Assembly: GCA_964057225.1 (NCBI GenBank)
Contig: OZ059897.1
Span: 16,864,001-16,928,000 of the forward strand
Length of the DNA stretch: 64,000 nt
From: Auanema rhodensis
Lineage: Eukaryota > Animalia > Nematoda
Direction: 5' to 3'
In this document: in pieces, positions 14,303-29,000 of the stretch
How positions within the stretch are numbered: the first letter of the stretch is position 1
Layout: the number at the start of each line of letters is the position of its first letter
Made by a program: the position numbers and the translations under genes
Notes under the pieces: model-generated
Databases searched by the model: none
What the model saw: only the letters and a program-made list of their open reading frames with translations
Told to the model about the DNA's origin: nothing

Positions 14303-14313
14303 TTTGGCGCCAA
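14303..14313. promoter_or_regulatory. Palindromic E2F-like site TTTGGCGCCAA upstream of oma
   Basis: TTTGGCGC match in the region 5' of the oma gene. Confidence 0.4.
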
Positions 14314-17003
14314 GAAGCGCCTAGCTATACACAAGAACAGGTAGATCAAATATAGATTTACTTTAAGTTTAATCAACAAGTTTTGTAGTTTATATGTTAG
14401 ATTTACAATTTTATTTTTTCATATTCCTATTATTATAATTTGAATGAATTATAATTTATGAAATATTGGTTTAATGATCTTTTCAATATTCTGCTCCCTA
14501 GCTGTTAAGTGATATTTGAAAATTAAACATTTTAAGGCATGTTGGCGGAATGATCGGATAAATTTCGAGTTTGCGCTGCTGAATTTCTAGCGATTATGAT
14601 GATGTTAGCGTGTTGCTTCTTTCTTTGTTTCTCTCTTCCTTCCCCTCTCTCTATCCAGTTACCTCTTCTTTTATTCTACTTCTCGCCATCTCTCGTCATC
14701 TCTTTTTCTTTTCTTACCATCTTTTTCTCGTTATTGTGATTTTATTCTCTTATATTATATCTGATATAAGGGAATGGCTAAGCCATTCTATCCCTATCCC
14801 CCCACCCTTTTCTTAAAAGGGCTTCAACGTGAGCGACAACGACAATCGACAACCCTGCCGCCGAAGTCGTCGTGTCCAGCTAGGTGGTAGTCTAGCTAAA
14901 GATGTTTAGATGAAGTGGAACATCATAAGCCTAGCAGGATAGATAGCCAGCAATAAACGAAGGTTGACAGTATGTCAGAAAGGTGACTACATGCAAGCGA
15001 TGTATAGCAAAGATATAGATATAAGGATGGAGATTATTGGAAAAAGAAGAAACTTCCAATGAGATTAGAAAAGAAATATTATGACATTTGAAGCGATGTA
15101 CTGGAAGAGAAGAGAAGATATGATAAACTGGTATGAAGGCGAGAAAGAAAAAGAAAATTAGTTATTTTCTCAAAAAGTATTCCAGATATTAAACAAAAAT
15201 ACATCCTGATAGGCTTATTGTTTTATGAACTTTAGGGATATAAGACAATAAGCAAGATTACAAACATCTCTATACAGTTATTTGAATAAGCCTTAAGAAA
15301 ATTCATTTTCTTGTATTATTTCTTATTGGTAAAGATGATGAAATACGTCTGTTTGACGTCCTTTATAGCTAAGACAGCCTACGTCAGTAGTGTTTAGTCG
15401 TTGTTTTCATGATTTTTCACACTTCACAAGTAACATGTCTATAGTTGATATATAGAGGTTAACAGTTGTCTGATTATATATATTGTGATAATCATTGACC
15501 ACATTTAGCTTTGATCATTTAGGAAACAAGATCAAAATGAAGAGAAGAAAAATGAAAAAGATGATGAATAAGTAAATGATTAGAGATGTTCATCTAGATT
15601 GAAGTTTCTGGTTGTCGAAACATTGAATAGACAATAAACCATAACTTAGTAAACAGGTAGTCATCTGATTCAGATGATGAACATCTTTAACAATCTCGAG
15701 ATTGTCGATGTCAAACATCTAACATAGTTACAATGAAGTTGTCGATAATCACAGTTAAACATGATGAATTATTTTTTAAATTTGAATACATATAACGTTT
15801 TAATATATAAGTAAATAACAAAAAAAAACTTAATAATATTACAAAAAAAAAAAGATTTGAACTTTGAAAATTTATATTTTTCTTCTGTTTGTATCATATT
15901 TTCTCGCTTAATTCTCTGATTCATATGTTATCAGTTTCAAAATTGAATGCGTTCGCTTGAACTGTCAGTTTGAAAAATAAAAAACTTTGAATAAAAAATT
16001 TTCTTTTTCTCTGATTCTATCTTTACTAGCTTTAACAGTAAAAATGAAATAGTCTATTGGTCAATTAGTTTTTTGTGTTTCTTCTATTGTTTGGAAAGAA
16101 GAAATATTTGTTTGAAACTAAAATATAACGATACTCTTGCACCTATTACGTACATACATATATTTCTAAATTAAACAGTTCAACAAGAAAACTTATGAGC
16201 TCGTCATGTTCCAGATAATTTTAGATTTGTTTTTGTTCTTCTTTTTCAACTGAAAAACAAAAATTTTGAAAAAAATATCTGTTATCTATAAAGTAGCAAA
16301 CTGATAAGAAATACTAGTATTTTTTTTATAAATAAATTAAAATAATAGATTGAGGATTGTATTGTAAAAATTAGGATCATAACTTCTAAAGAGCATATAT
16401 ATTATTATTTTTTTATTTTGTGTTTATGTTATGAAAAAATTAAACATTTTCATTATAAAAAAAGGTCTTTGAGGAAGAGAAAGTTAAGTTTTTATAAAGA
16501 AAAATAAAGAAAAAATGACTGAGAGAACGAAAGAGAGAATAAGGTCTGAAATAAGAGCAAATGGCACTAGAAAGTGAGAGAGAAAAATGAATTTTCGTCT
16601 TTTAAAACTTTCATTTTATAAAACGAAAATAGTTAGTTTGATTGATTAAATGAAAGAAAAAGAAAGAGAGATTAGATACTTATTTCATCTTTATATTGAA
16701 AAATGTTTCGATTAGAACCAATTGATTTGCACTTTTTTTAAAGAAAAACTCTGAAGAACAAATTTTGAAGAATGGGAATGTGTATGATGAGTATATCATA
16801 TACATATATTACGTTGATAATATATAGAGAGAATAAAACAGATAGAGAGAGATAGATAGAAAGAGAGAGAGAGAAGGGGGAGAGGGAGATAGAGGGAGAT
16901 AGAAAGAGAGAGAAAGAAGAGAAATAGAAGGGAAAAGAAGAGATAGGAAAAAGCATGAGGGAAAACCATTAAAGGTATGATGAAAAGAATAATTAGATGA
17001 CAG

Positions 17004-17007
<4 letters not shown>

Positions 17008-17048
<41 letters not shown>
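17008..17048. repeat. (GA)n microsatellite
   Basis: About 20 GA units. Similar tracts at ~19538, 19681, 23012, 35064, 35243, 38784, 42996 and 53957. Confidence 0.95.
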
Positions 17049-17052
<4 letters not shown>

Positions 17053-20000
17053 GAAGAGAAGAAAAAGCCTGGAAGAAATAGAAGATTCAATAAGAGAAAT
17101 ATGTAGATAGAGAATACATATTAAGTTAATAAAAGAATCAAAAAGTAAAATAAGATAAGAAAGAAAAGGACAAAAAACTTATAATGATTTATATATTTGA
17201 AATAATTGTCTAAACATATAAAATTAATTATAAATACTACAATAAATTGTATATTTTGCAGATATTTATAGAAAACAATTTGTCTATTAAAGCTTAAATG
17301 AAGATAAAAATAAAATGATAAAAGACAAAGTTGAAACATTGTATTGAAACAAATAAATTGTAAAATTTTCATCAAATAATTCGTTAATTTGCCGCAATTC
17401 TAAATGGGATTTAACAAGATTTTCGAACTTTTTAAGAGATTGAGCTTAGATTGAACTGAAAAAATAAAAAGCTATATATAGAAAGCTTGTTGCTTGTGTC
17501 GTTGAAGCTTTTATCTTAAAATGGAAAAAAATCCAGTAATAGTTTATTGCCAGAAACAAGAAAAGTACATGAACGGATTCTGGTCGGCAAGTGGTGGTCG
17601 AACTGTATGTTTCACTCTACCTCTGTTTTCAACAAGCAAAGAGAAAAGAACAGAGAGGAGGGAGTAAGTGAAAAAGAAGACGAGAATGAGAGAGAATAAA
17701 AGAGGGATAGATAGAGAGAAAAAGAATAGATTGAGAGGGTATGAGATCATGTTTGTATGGAAGAAGAGAGAGAAAGAGGGGGGAGGGGAGAGAGGGAGAG
17801 AGAAATGAAACTGGACGCAAAAACGAAATCGCGTAGGGTGGTTTCTGGCGCAACTAGAAAAGCGTATCATGAGAATCCGGGAAAGTAGAGGAAGCAAGCG
17901 ATTGTCTTTCTTCTTCTTTTTCTTCTACATCGTCGCTGTAGCTTCTGTTTCTTCATGAACGACGTTGCCGTCGTCAACTTAGTGATGTTCCTCTTCATTC
18001 GTTTTTACAGATAAAAACTGGCAATCCTATGGCGCCAAGAAAAGCATGGGTCATAAGGATGGCTTTCCGAGAACATTCTAATGAAGAGAAATGCCATCGT
18101 TAGAAAAGGCAAAGTTATCATTATTGTGATGAAAAACAAGACACAATAGCAATTGAAGCCAGATGTTGAATTGGTAATAAGAGATGACCGGAATTGAAAA
18201 AAAGGTTTAACGATGGCTATATCAATGAAAAGATAGATGAATCAGTTTGATGAACAAGATGAGAACAAAAAGTAACTAAAAAAAAAGATTAAGAGAATAA
18301 AGATAAGAATTTCATAATATGATATAAAATTTTATATATATTAAATAAATAAAAGACGAAAATTAGAAATATATTTGATTAAATTAATTTTAGTTGATTA
18401 AAAAAAATAAAATGTGAGATAGATTCATATGATTCAATTTCTTTTTTTTATCAATAATTCAAAACTCTTTCAAGTTTATAATTATTGTAATATATAAAAG
18501 AAAACAACATTCTCAACTTTGAAAGATGTAAATGAGCGTTAAAGAAGAATATTTTCAAATACTTTTCTAGAGCTATTCTGGCATGAACGTCATCTGCGGA
18601 TTTCCGCGTCAATGTCATCACATCACATCAAATCTTCGACGAATTAATCTGAACATAACGCCTTTTTAGGATTAAGGAACATTATCAGAGAAGGATTAGA
18701 TGAAGGTTAGAAGAAGAAGGAGGAGAAATAACAAAATTAGAAAATGAAAAAGCAAATATGAAGAGAGAGAGAGAAAGGTGATTGAGCTTAAAGAGATTTA
18801 TTCTTATCTCTCTTTCTTTTTCTCTCTCTAGTTCCTTCTATCAATTTTACTAGATTTTTATATAAATATAGAAAATTAATATTTTAAAACTAAAAAAGGA
18901 AAATTATTATTTATTCTAATGAATATAATAATAATATTACTTTATAAAAATAGATTATATGCCAATGAATACGTCAAGTTAAGTTATACTGATTATCATT
19001 ACATCTTTTCAAATATTATCTGAAGTCCTCTCTTTCTACTTATATAAATATATAAAAAATTATTATAATTGAATAACAAACATATGATGTGTTCGAATAT
19101 AATAGAAAAAATGTAATTTCTTTATCAGATTAGAAAGCGAAAAGTAACTTGCATCTAACCCCCCCCCCCCTTCCCCTTCTCCTCTTCCGCCCAATCATCA
19201 AAGTTGTGTCCCCACCCATCTATTATCTTATGGGCATTAACAATTGCTCTATATCCGCATTAGAAAATGAATTATGATGATTCAAATTTATAATTTTCAA
19301 ATAATTTTTTTTCATTTCAACGAGTAAAAAAAAGAAAAAAATGTAATTTTTTCATTTTTTTTTGTGTGATATATTCCTTATAGAACAAATAAATAAATAA
19401 GATTAAAAGCTTATTGAAAACACGGAAATAAGATAAAAAACAAGATATCAGAGGAAACAGCTGATCGTCATAGCTTTTAATAGAGATTGAAAGATAGAAA
19501 GTATATGAAATATCAAAAGAATTATGAGAAAAAGGTAGAGAGAGAGAGAGAGAGAGAGCAAGAAATATTAGGAACGAAAGAGTATGAGATAGTGCGAAGT
19601 GGCTGATGTGATGATGACCTTTGATTTCCTAGAGAACGACTGATCAGTTCATTTTTTCTTCTTTCTCTTGTAACCAGCTTCTCTCTCTCTCTCTCTCTCT
19701 GTCTGTCTTGTGATTTTTCCTTATTCTCTCTCTCTCTCTCTTTCCCTCTCTCTAATGCTCATATACACGATCAATTCACTTATATTTTAGTTGTTATATA
19801 TATATATATATATATATATATTAACATATAAGTTAGATGATAATAGTTGTAATAGGCTACGAACACAAGTTAATAGAATATCTGACAACGGTTCAAAAAA
19901 AAAAAGAACATGATAAATCAAGAGTGATGAAGAGATTCAGACAGTGAAATGTATACATGCAAGTAAAGAGAGATGGTGTTAGTGGACGAAAGAGTTAGAT

Positions 20001-23000
20001 GAAAAGAGAAAAGATTTTCGGACAAGTAGAATGTACAATATAGAGAAAAACAGAGAGCGAGAGAAGAAGAGAACGAGACAGAGAAAGAGAAGCTGACTCC
20101 GGTTTTGTGATGGTTTGGTTGGTCACTTGGATGAAACATATGCGACAAGTCCAAGTCGTCTCTCTCATTCCCCACCCGTTTCATGAGAGGTAGGATAGTT
20201 GGAGATACAGAAGAGAAGTAGAGAGGTAGTGGAAGAGGTAGATCGTGATACGGAGGTGGTACAAGAGTAAGATAAATTGAGAGAGAGAGAGAGAAATAGA
20301 TCATAAAATGTAAGAAGGCGAGAGAGGGAAAGAGAGAGAGAGAGAGATTGTTAGTATATAGGGTGGCAAAGAAAGGAGCTTTAAACACGTTTAGATCAAG
20401 CGGCTATTATGCTGACAACTATGTCTGGATGTTCAATGGAAAAGAGACAAAAGAAGGAGAAGGAAAGAAAAAGAAAAAGATAGTCGAAAAGATTTTTATT
20501 TAACATAACCACGGAGAGAAAGACAGAGAGATAGTGATGTAAAGAGGTTGAACGATGGTAGTGTGTTCCTCTATTTGGCATAATTATATCATATAAACCA
20601 TATGTATTATAAACAAAACAGTATTGTTATTATATATAATGCTTTGAATACTTTTCAAACATTTTGTTTTGTAAACTAAATAAGGTAGAATGCTAATATA
20701 TAATTTTTAAAGTTGATGAAACATATAATTGAAAAGTACAAATTATTTCTTAAAAGAAAAGTTTTTTAAAAAAACAAAAATATTGAAAATAAAAAAAGAA
20801 AAGTGAAACGAAAATTAAAAGTAAGTGAATGAAGGACAAAACCTCAGACCAACTTTTCAGGACGTGACCAAGCGTTTACCTTTCAATTCTTTAACTTGGT
20901 CAAGCTATTCAAATTTGAAATTGAAATGAAATGTGAGAAGTTACGTGAATAACGTGAAATACAAACTTTCATTTCTTATTGTGTAAATTAGTTTGAATGG
21001 TTGTATATTTATATATTTTTAAAAAGAATTTTTATAAAATCAATCTCTGAACAACTCTTGAGAACAAAATTTTTTTTCTGATTTTTAGCAATAAAGCAGA
21101 AACATGAATAAACGATAGTTAATTTCAATAGTGATTCATGAACATTGAACTTTTTTTTTCCTTTTTTGATGAAAATTATATTTGGAACATATTAATATAA
21201 TCATAATATACCTGAAATTGAGTTAAATAAAAGAAAAATATGAATATTTATCTATTCATATAATTAATATAATTGTTTTCAAATAAAATTATAAATATAT
21301 ATATAGTATATATAGAAAATACAAGAAAAATCCCCCATCCTCTACTTAGTTATATGAGATAAAGAACTCGATTGGTATTATAGAAGTAATTAGCGAATAA
21401 ATAAAAAAAAACTTTCAAAAATCGAGTTTAGATGGATGGTTTGTACTTGTTTTTTGAAGTTTCAGTCATGTTCATACAAAAATAAAAAAATCGATCATCA
21501 CTGATGTGTGAAACTTCATGAATTTGTATCGAAAAATTAATTAAGACGATAGAAAATTTGATTTTCATTGGGAATGTTTGATAAAATAATTTTCTTGTAT
21601 TATCTTGAAGCAAAATGTATTAATTATAATCTAATTATACATATGATGAAAATACAAAGTTAATAAAAAATAATGAAAGAAATAAAATTTTAAATGAAAG
21701 AATATAAAAAATTTTTAAAAAAAGGATACGAAATAGACAATTTATTAAAAATGTTTTATAGATGTTATTATATTCATTTTATGATGAATAGTAACAATAG
21801 TAAACTTCATAATTCATAAAATCGAAATAACTGTTCTCTGATCATAGAACTTATTTCATTTTTAATAAAAAAAAATATTTTTTAAACTGTATAGTATAGT
21901 ATATGATATATAGATTGGATATACATCATACATATATACCAAAAATAACATAAAAAGTTTTTTTTTTTTTTGAAAATACAAAAAAAAAAAAGAAAATAAG
22001 ATATACATACATATATATGTATTTGAATAATAAACAAGAAAAAGTAAGGAAAAAAAAGAAGAGAAAACTTTGAATTTTCATAAAATGAAATTGTGTTTTT
22101 GAGTTGAAACGAGAAAAAATGTATTGGTTGAATAAACAGAAAACTTATTTATTTGGATGAGAAAAAAATGATATGTTATATGATAAATATGCTGAAAATG
22201 TTGAAAATTATCGTCAAATATATAATAAATAAATAATAAAAGATATTGTTGTTATCATTATCTATAAATCAAAACAATAATTCTTAAGTAGGCGTATGTC
22301 AAGTAATTTCTAACTATAGATGGATACATACATATCAGATGATGATGATGATGATCAAGTTAAAACATAATCAAAACATTTTAATGAAAATACATTTATA
22401 AGGAAGTAAAGATAAAGATATATATATATATATATAAGAATTATAATCTTTTATTATTATAAATAATAGAATAATAATAGAAAAAGTTTTATTACAAACT
22501 TAATTGTAAATTAATTTTTATATAATTCATATAGTATATATATAATATTAAAAATATCTTATCTTAGTATGAATAATCAAATCAATTTTTAAATTAATTA
22601 TATTGAAATAGATACAATGAACTAAAGTATATAAATTCATTTTTTCTATCAAAATAATTCATATTGACTAGTGCTATGAGGTTAAAAGTTTTTGGGAAAC
22701 AAATCTTAAGAGATGAAAATTAAACTGAAATAGTAGTTTCATTGTTTTTTTATATTTAAAAAAGACCAAAATGATTCATTTAGGCGTATATCTTAAATTG
22801 AAAAAACGAGATATATTAAGAAATTATGCATACAATAGTTGTTTACTAAGATTTAATTTTTTTTTTTACTAAGATTATGATGAGAAGAACAAAACAGGAT
22901 TAATTGCTTGTATGTTGCGTTTACTAGCAAGCATGTTGCTTGAAAATATAAGAAAAAACTGTTTATTTTTTATTTTTTTAACCAGAGAGAGAGAAAGAGA

Positions 23001-23009
23001 AAGAAAGAA

Positions 23010-23043
<34 letters not shown>

Positions 23044-26000
23044 AGAGAGAGATTTGGGGGAGAGGTTGGCGTTAAAAATGGAAAAGAATGTGATAGTAAG
23101 ACTTATAGATAGCATACAAGCATAAATGAAGAAGAGGAGATATAAAGTTATGCTGGATCAACGTTAGAAAATCTGAAGATGAGCAGAACAAGCATCAATT
23201 GCATCCATACAACCAGCTAAAAGTCACGCTGTTGAAGCCTTCTCTAAGCTATACGTGTTGAAAATAGACAACTAGAGAAACAAAGATATAGTTTAAGAGG
23301 ATGAGAAGAAGGAGACAAGGGGTATGGAAGAAGAAAGAAAGACCATTCAAAGTAAAGCAAGTCATGACGACGAGGAAATCAGCGTGTAATGTCTGTAACC
23401 AAAGTTTGTGCATGAGAAGAGGATGAGAACGATCAAGTTGTTTCTCTTTCTCTCTCCATGTTGAATATCATCGACTTTTTCATTTCCCTACTAACCATCT
23501 ATCGGCTCTACTACTGTCCTCTTCTTATGTTTTCCTCTAGTTTCATCCTCTCCTCTTCTGTCAGATATAAAGGAGATATACACAGGACACGGGATTCTTT
23601 CGTCTGGTTGAAACGAAGAGGATAAGATGAGCGTATCGTCGGGAAGCGCAATAGCCGGAGAAGAGACCGGTTAGATGTAGCTAAAGGATCGTCGTTCAAC
23701 ATAATTCGATACCCTCTCAACATTCATTGTTCCTGACCATCTTACCATTTAATTCTCTCTATATTTCACTTTCTATTCCTCTTATACTCCCTTTTTATGT
23801 AACTGTTCCATGATTTTAAGCCCAAAAAAAAGAAGAAGAAGAATCTTATACAGTAATAAAGATTTTTCTCGAATTTTTTGAATTTTATTTCAAAAAAATA
23901 ATTATATACAAAATACTTTAAAAATCTTTTTCAGATAATATTTTCAATGTTGTCTATAGAAAACAAGCATTTTTTAAAAATTATATACATAATCTACATC
24001 ATAATATTTATAAAAAACATCATTAGATGTAATAAAACAAAAAGTTTTATAGAAAAAGTTGGTAATAATGAGCATTATTCTTTTAAACATTTTAATATTT
24101 TTCTTATTAAAAAACTATTAAATAATATAATGATAATGTATAAAGAATTTTTAAAAAATTTGGAAGTTTCATTTCCAATTTCAATAAAATGAAACTTTTT
24201 TTTGAAATAGGTCAACGTACAATTTGCATACAAAATTCATGTAAAACGGAAATCTACTGTTTAACATTGAACAGAAAAAGAAGTTTTCCTTTTTTTGTTG
24301 AACAAATGGACTTATAACGAGTAGTCTTCTCATATTTATGAAAAAAAAATTTGAATTTTGAACTTTGGAATTGAATTTCTATTAAACAATAATTCGGAAA
24401 ATATAAGTGAGAATACAAGTAATACATAGAAGAGACATAACAGGGAACTGTAAAGGAAATTAGATATTGTCAAAGTTGCTGATTACCAAATTACAAAAAT
24501 GATAAGAAAACATTGTTTAATAAATATTTTTATAAATAAAAATAAATTTCCAGATTAAAGTTCGAAAACGTTGTTTTTAGGTTTAATTTTTGGGAAATAT
24601 AATTTATAAGAATGATAGGATGATCAACATAAAAATAAATTTTGATAAAGTAGTTTGGAAAAAGGTAAATATAATTTGTTTATGAAGAAGACAAAGAAGG
24701 AAATGAAGAATTTTCTGATAAATTTCTATAGAAATTTGAAGGAAAAAGATTAATTGTAGATTAGATTATTCACTCTTTGAACAAACGGAAAGAGATTCCT
24801 TAATTTCTATACAAATTTAAATTAAAGAAGATAAAGGTTTATAAATATAAAAAATTATTAAAAGAAAGAAATATTTAATGAAATCATTAAAAATATTTTT
24901 ATAATTAAAATGAATAATAATACTAATTATTCTTATAATTAATAAGAATTATTAAATTAAGTAAAAGATAAATAAATTTTGAAAAGTTAAAGATAAATCG
25001 AGAAAATAAATAAAGAGGAAGAAGAAGAATAATTGAAATTGTGATGAAGAAAAGTTTTATGTGGAAGAAATATTAGGGATGAAAGGATAATAAGAAGAGT
25101 TCAATAGGAGGAAAAGATCTTTTAAATGATTTAATCATAAAAGGGATATAGGATATATGTTAGATTCAAAAGGTAACAATGAATATATAATTCTAAAATC
25201 AAATATATCTTAAAACGATATAAAAAATTCAAATATAAATATATATTTAATTATAATAATTATATAAAATATTCTTTACAAATGTTCTTTATTCAACTTC
25301 TTTTTCTAAATTTTCAAGTTGAAAAAAACGTTCAACCTATTGCAAAGAAAATTTTTTCGGTGAAATATACGTATGTACATAGTACATGTTTGGCTATTTG
25401 TCATCTTTTACTTTCAAAACGATTTTTTCATCTCAAACTATGCGTTTCTAAAGTTTTCCGACATTCTCGTATTCACAAAAATATTAGAAAAAAGAATCCT
25501 TGTGGAAATTTTAACGGATAATACTCATTTGAAACAGAATAACATTTGAAACATTGTCTAATGAAAGTAGATGGTATTTAGGATTGTGCTGAATCACAAT
25601 ACTAGCTTTACCTCGCTTATATAGTATTTTCAAAAATAGGATATTATGAAATAAGGGAGTGATTCAAAAAGTTTGTTCAGATAACTGACTCAGATGAATC
25701 AGCATAAGTTTTGATTTTAAAATGTATGAGGTCATATCTTTATATTATTTTAATATAAATAGAAATATATATATATTTATATATATATATATACTCCGTT
25801 ATGACTAAATCTTTCATTGAACAAATGAATTTATAATTTCAAGCTTATATCTTGCTAAATTTATATTATTAAAAAAATATTTCATGATGTTTACATATAT
25901 TAATTAGATAACACATTTCAATTCTCACAATTAAAATATAATGTAGTAAGTCATTTATAAACTAAAAGAAAGTGAAAAAGAAAAATAAGCAACCATTATG

Positions 26001-29000
26001 TACGTGATTGTGCTAGCTCATTGAAAAATCAGCAATTTTTGTCACTTACGTGAAACGTGTCGACTGTTTGAAAAATTAACGCAAAAACAATTCCACGAGG
26101 TTGGGTTATCCTTGCAATATGGTTAGTGAAAGAAGAGGAATATCTAAAGATATTTCAATGATTTACAAGAAGAGAGAAGAACTTGTTGTCATGATGTGTA
26201 AAGGCAAGGAAAACGAAATACAAAAGAAAATAGGAATATTATAGAAAAAGAAGAGATGGATAAGAGAGAAAAGTAGGGAAAAAAATGAGTTAAAGAACAG
26301 AAAGGTCGGTATTTGAAAATAAATTCTAATTCTGAAATTTTGGCGCCAATATAAATCTATGGCCTTCGCTGTCATGTTCCAGCTGACCATCAGGCCTTTC
26401 ACTCTTTTCATCTTCTCACCCTCTTCACCTTACATTTTCTATCATATTGTAATTCAACTATTCTCTTATACACTATGATCTATAGCCTATACTGCCCATA
26501 TAAAGTTTTCAAATGAAATTGTATGTTGAAAGAAAATTTAAACATCAGAGAGTAACTTCCTCTTTACTATGATTATGATTTCCATGAAAAGATGGATACG
26601 AACTAACGATAAGGTTTTAAAATATCATAGAATTCAAACATGCATATATTAAACTCGACAACGATGCTTTTGAATTCAATTATGCTGAAATGGGAGGAGG
26701 AGGGAAAACTTGTCAGTTTTCTAATAGTTTCGCAATAATTTTCATTTTGAATGTTCTTCCTTGATCATATAAGGGACTACTTAGTATTGCATTCATGTTC
26801 TTTATCATTATTTCCCATAATATTCTTATGGTACCTGATTGAACAAAAAACAGAATACATGAAAAAGCGTATGGGTTAAGGGATTGGTCAGTCAGCCTTA
26901 GCCTTTAGGCCAGATTTATCTATTTCTCCTTTATGAAGAAGAAAGAGATAGAAAACGAAATCTACATACATAGAAGAACTATTGATGTTGGTCAAGAGAT
27001 AGACGTTTCGATAAAGCTTGCGAAACCTTTCATCAAGGTTGTTATGCTTTGAATTTTCTTTTATAACGTTTTTAATTCATCACCTGTTTCATGGAAGTCA
27101 ATTCTATTATCCTTGAAGAATGAAAATCTTTTTTCACTCTCTTTCTCTGTTTCTCCCTTTCTCTTCTCAATCCACCCTCTCTATCCCTTTCCGTCCCCCT
27201 CCCTCTCTACTTCCCCCTCTTAGTTCTTGTAATATTTCTAAAACATTCATGCTTTTTAGAAATAATTTTGACGGAATATTGAGAATTCTTAAAGATTATT
27301 CAAGCAAATGTTTCGAATATCCTTTATCTCTGTGTCCTATTCTTCCAATCTTCACCTTTATTTCATACCCAACGTAAAAAAGGCAAATCCAGACGATATC
27401 TGTGGGTTCGATGTTAAACTAACCGAAAACCCCCTCTGGGTTCTTTTGTACGAAAATCGGAAAAGCCTATTCGAGTTTTCGGGCCCTCTATGATTTTCCA
27501 ACTATATTTCCACCTATTATGCCCTCATTGTTTATCTCTCGAACTTCTTTTGATGTTCAGAACATAAGAAAAATGTTACAAGCTTATAGATGACGAATAT
27601 TTGAAAAAAAAAACATTTTTTTCAAATCATTAGATATTGACATGATTATTAAAAATATATAATTCAATATTAATAATTCAATATATATATATATATATAT
27701 ATATTGATTATTTAATTGATTTGATTTAAAATTTAATTTCTGAAAAAAAGAATTTTTTTTAGAAAACGAAAATTTAATATTTTTGATAAGGTAAAACATG
27801 AAAAAAATTATTTTTTATAAGTTTAATAATCAAAATTCGTTAGAAAATAAAAGATATTTTGCAAAAAAATTACTCGAAAATGAAACAAAAAGATAAAAAG
27901 GGATAAAAAAATATCATTTCAATTGGTTTCAATATTTGAATCTTCACAACCAACTTTATCCAAAAAATTTCTTCTCTTCATTTCTCTTTTAATTCTTTTT
28001 TTCTCTTTTTCTTTCACACTCTTCCTGATATTCTCATTAAATCCCCACAAAATACCTTTTCATATAGTCTAAAACGATGCAACCTGCGACTATACCCAAG
28101 ACATACACCCCCCAAACATACCATTACTATCCCCACTTAACATACAGAATACAAAAGACAATCCGATATATCAAAGCAAATCAACTACTTATAGATTTGA
28201 AGACAAACTTCTGATTTCTCATTATCGTAGACAATTCTCCGGAAATCAATTGGACTATTTAATGCAGTTGGGAGCTTTTCAGTTCAAATTAGTCGCTAAA
28301 TTTCGGTAGAAAAGAAACAAGATTATGCACTACTATTCAAAGAATTATAATAAAATAAATTAATATTAATAATAATAATTAAATAAGAAATTGAAAGTGA
28401 AATATTAAATTTTCAAAAAAAATTATCAAAAAGTTTTGGATAACGAAATTTATAAAAATATAGAAAAACTATTTTATCTATAAAATAATTTTTTTTTAAA
28501 TTAAACAAGAAAATAGGAAAAATAGGTATCGTAGAGGCTACAAGAGCAACTTTGAAGCAACTCTGGAAATCGTGAAGTATGTATATGTATATATGAATGG
28601 ATGTATATTCAGGTGTTTGCTATTAGAATTCAAATAATTTAGATTAATACGCTCAAGCAAAAGTAAAAGCTATAAAGCTATATTCAAAGAATATTGAACA
28701 GAATAGGTCAGAGAGAATGAATAGTTAGGAGGAATAATGTGAGACAAGAGAAGGTGAAATGAAAGCAGATGAGTCAATAATAAAAAGCTTATTTTACGAA
28801 AACTGACCAATGAAAATAGAAAAACATTAACAGATGGACAGTTAAAAGTTTAAATAAAAAAGGGAAAAGGTTATTAATAATATGTTTAGTATGTTTTTGA
28901 GCTATAAAATAACATGGAAGTTATAAGAGAGAAAAACAGACAATTGGCTAAGTATAATTATATAAATAATCAGGATTAAAAATAATAATTATTATAGTAT

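Noticed and set aside
16738-20388. Minus-strand ORFs rich in S/L/F (16738, 16809, 17544, 17629, 19918) that look like membrane proteins
   Set aside because: They are translations of (CT)n and pyrimidine tracts that lack stops by composition, with no exon chain or domain.
25530-27091. piRNA Ruby-motif cores (CTGTTTCA at ~27084 plus strand and ~25530 minus strand)
   Set aside because: Only isolated hits, as expected by chance; no cluster.
27380-27450. Possible tRNA from GGTTCGA
   Set aside because: No acceptor stem, D-arm/A-box or anticodon arm can be built.
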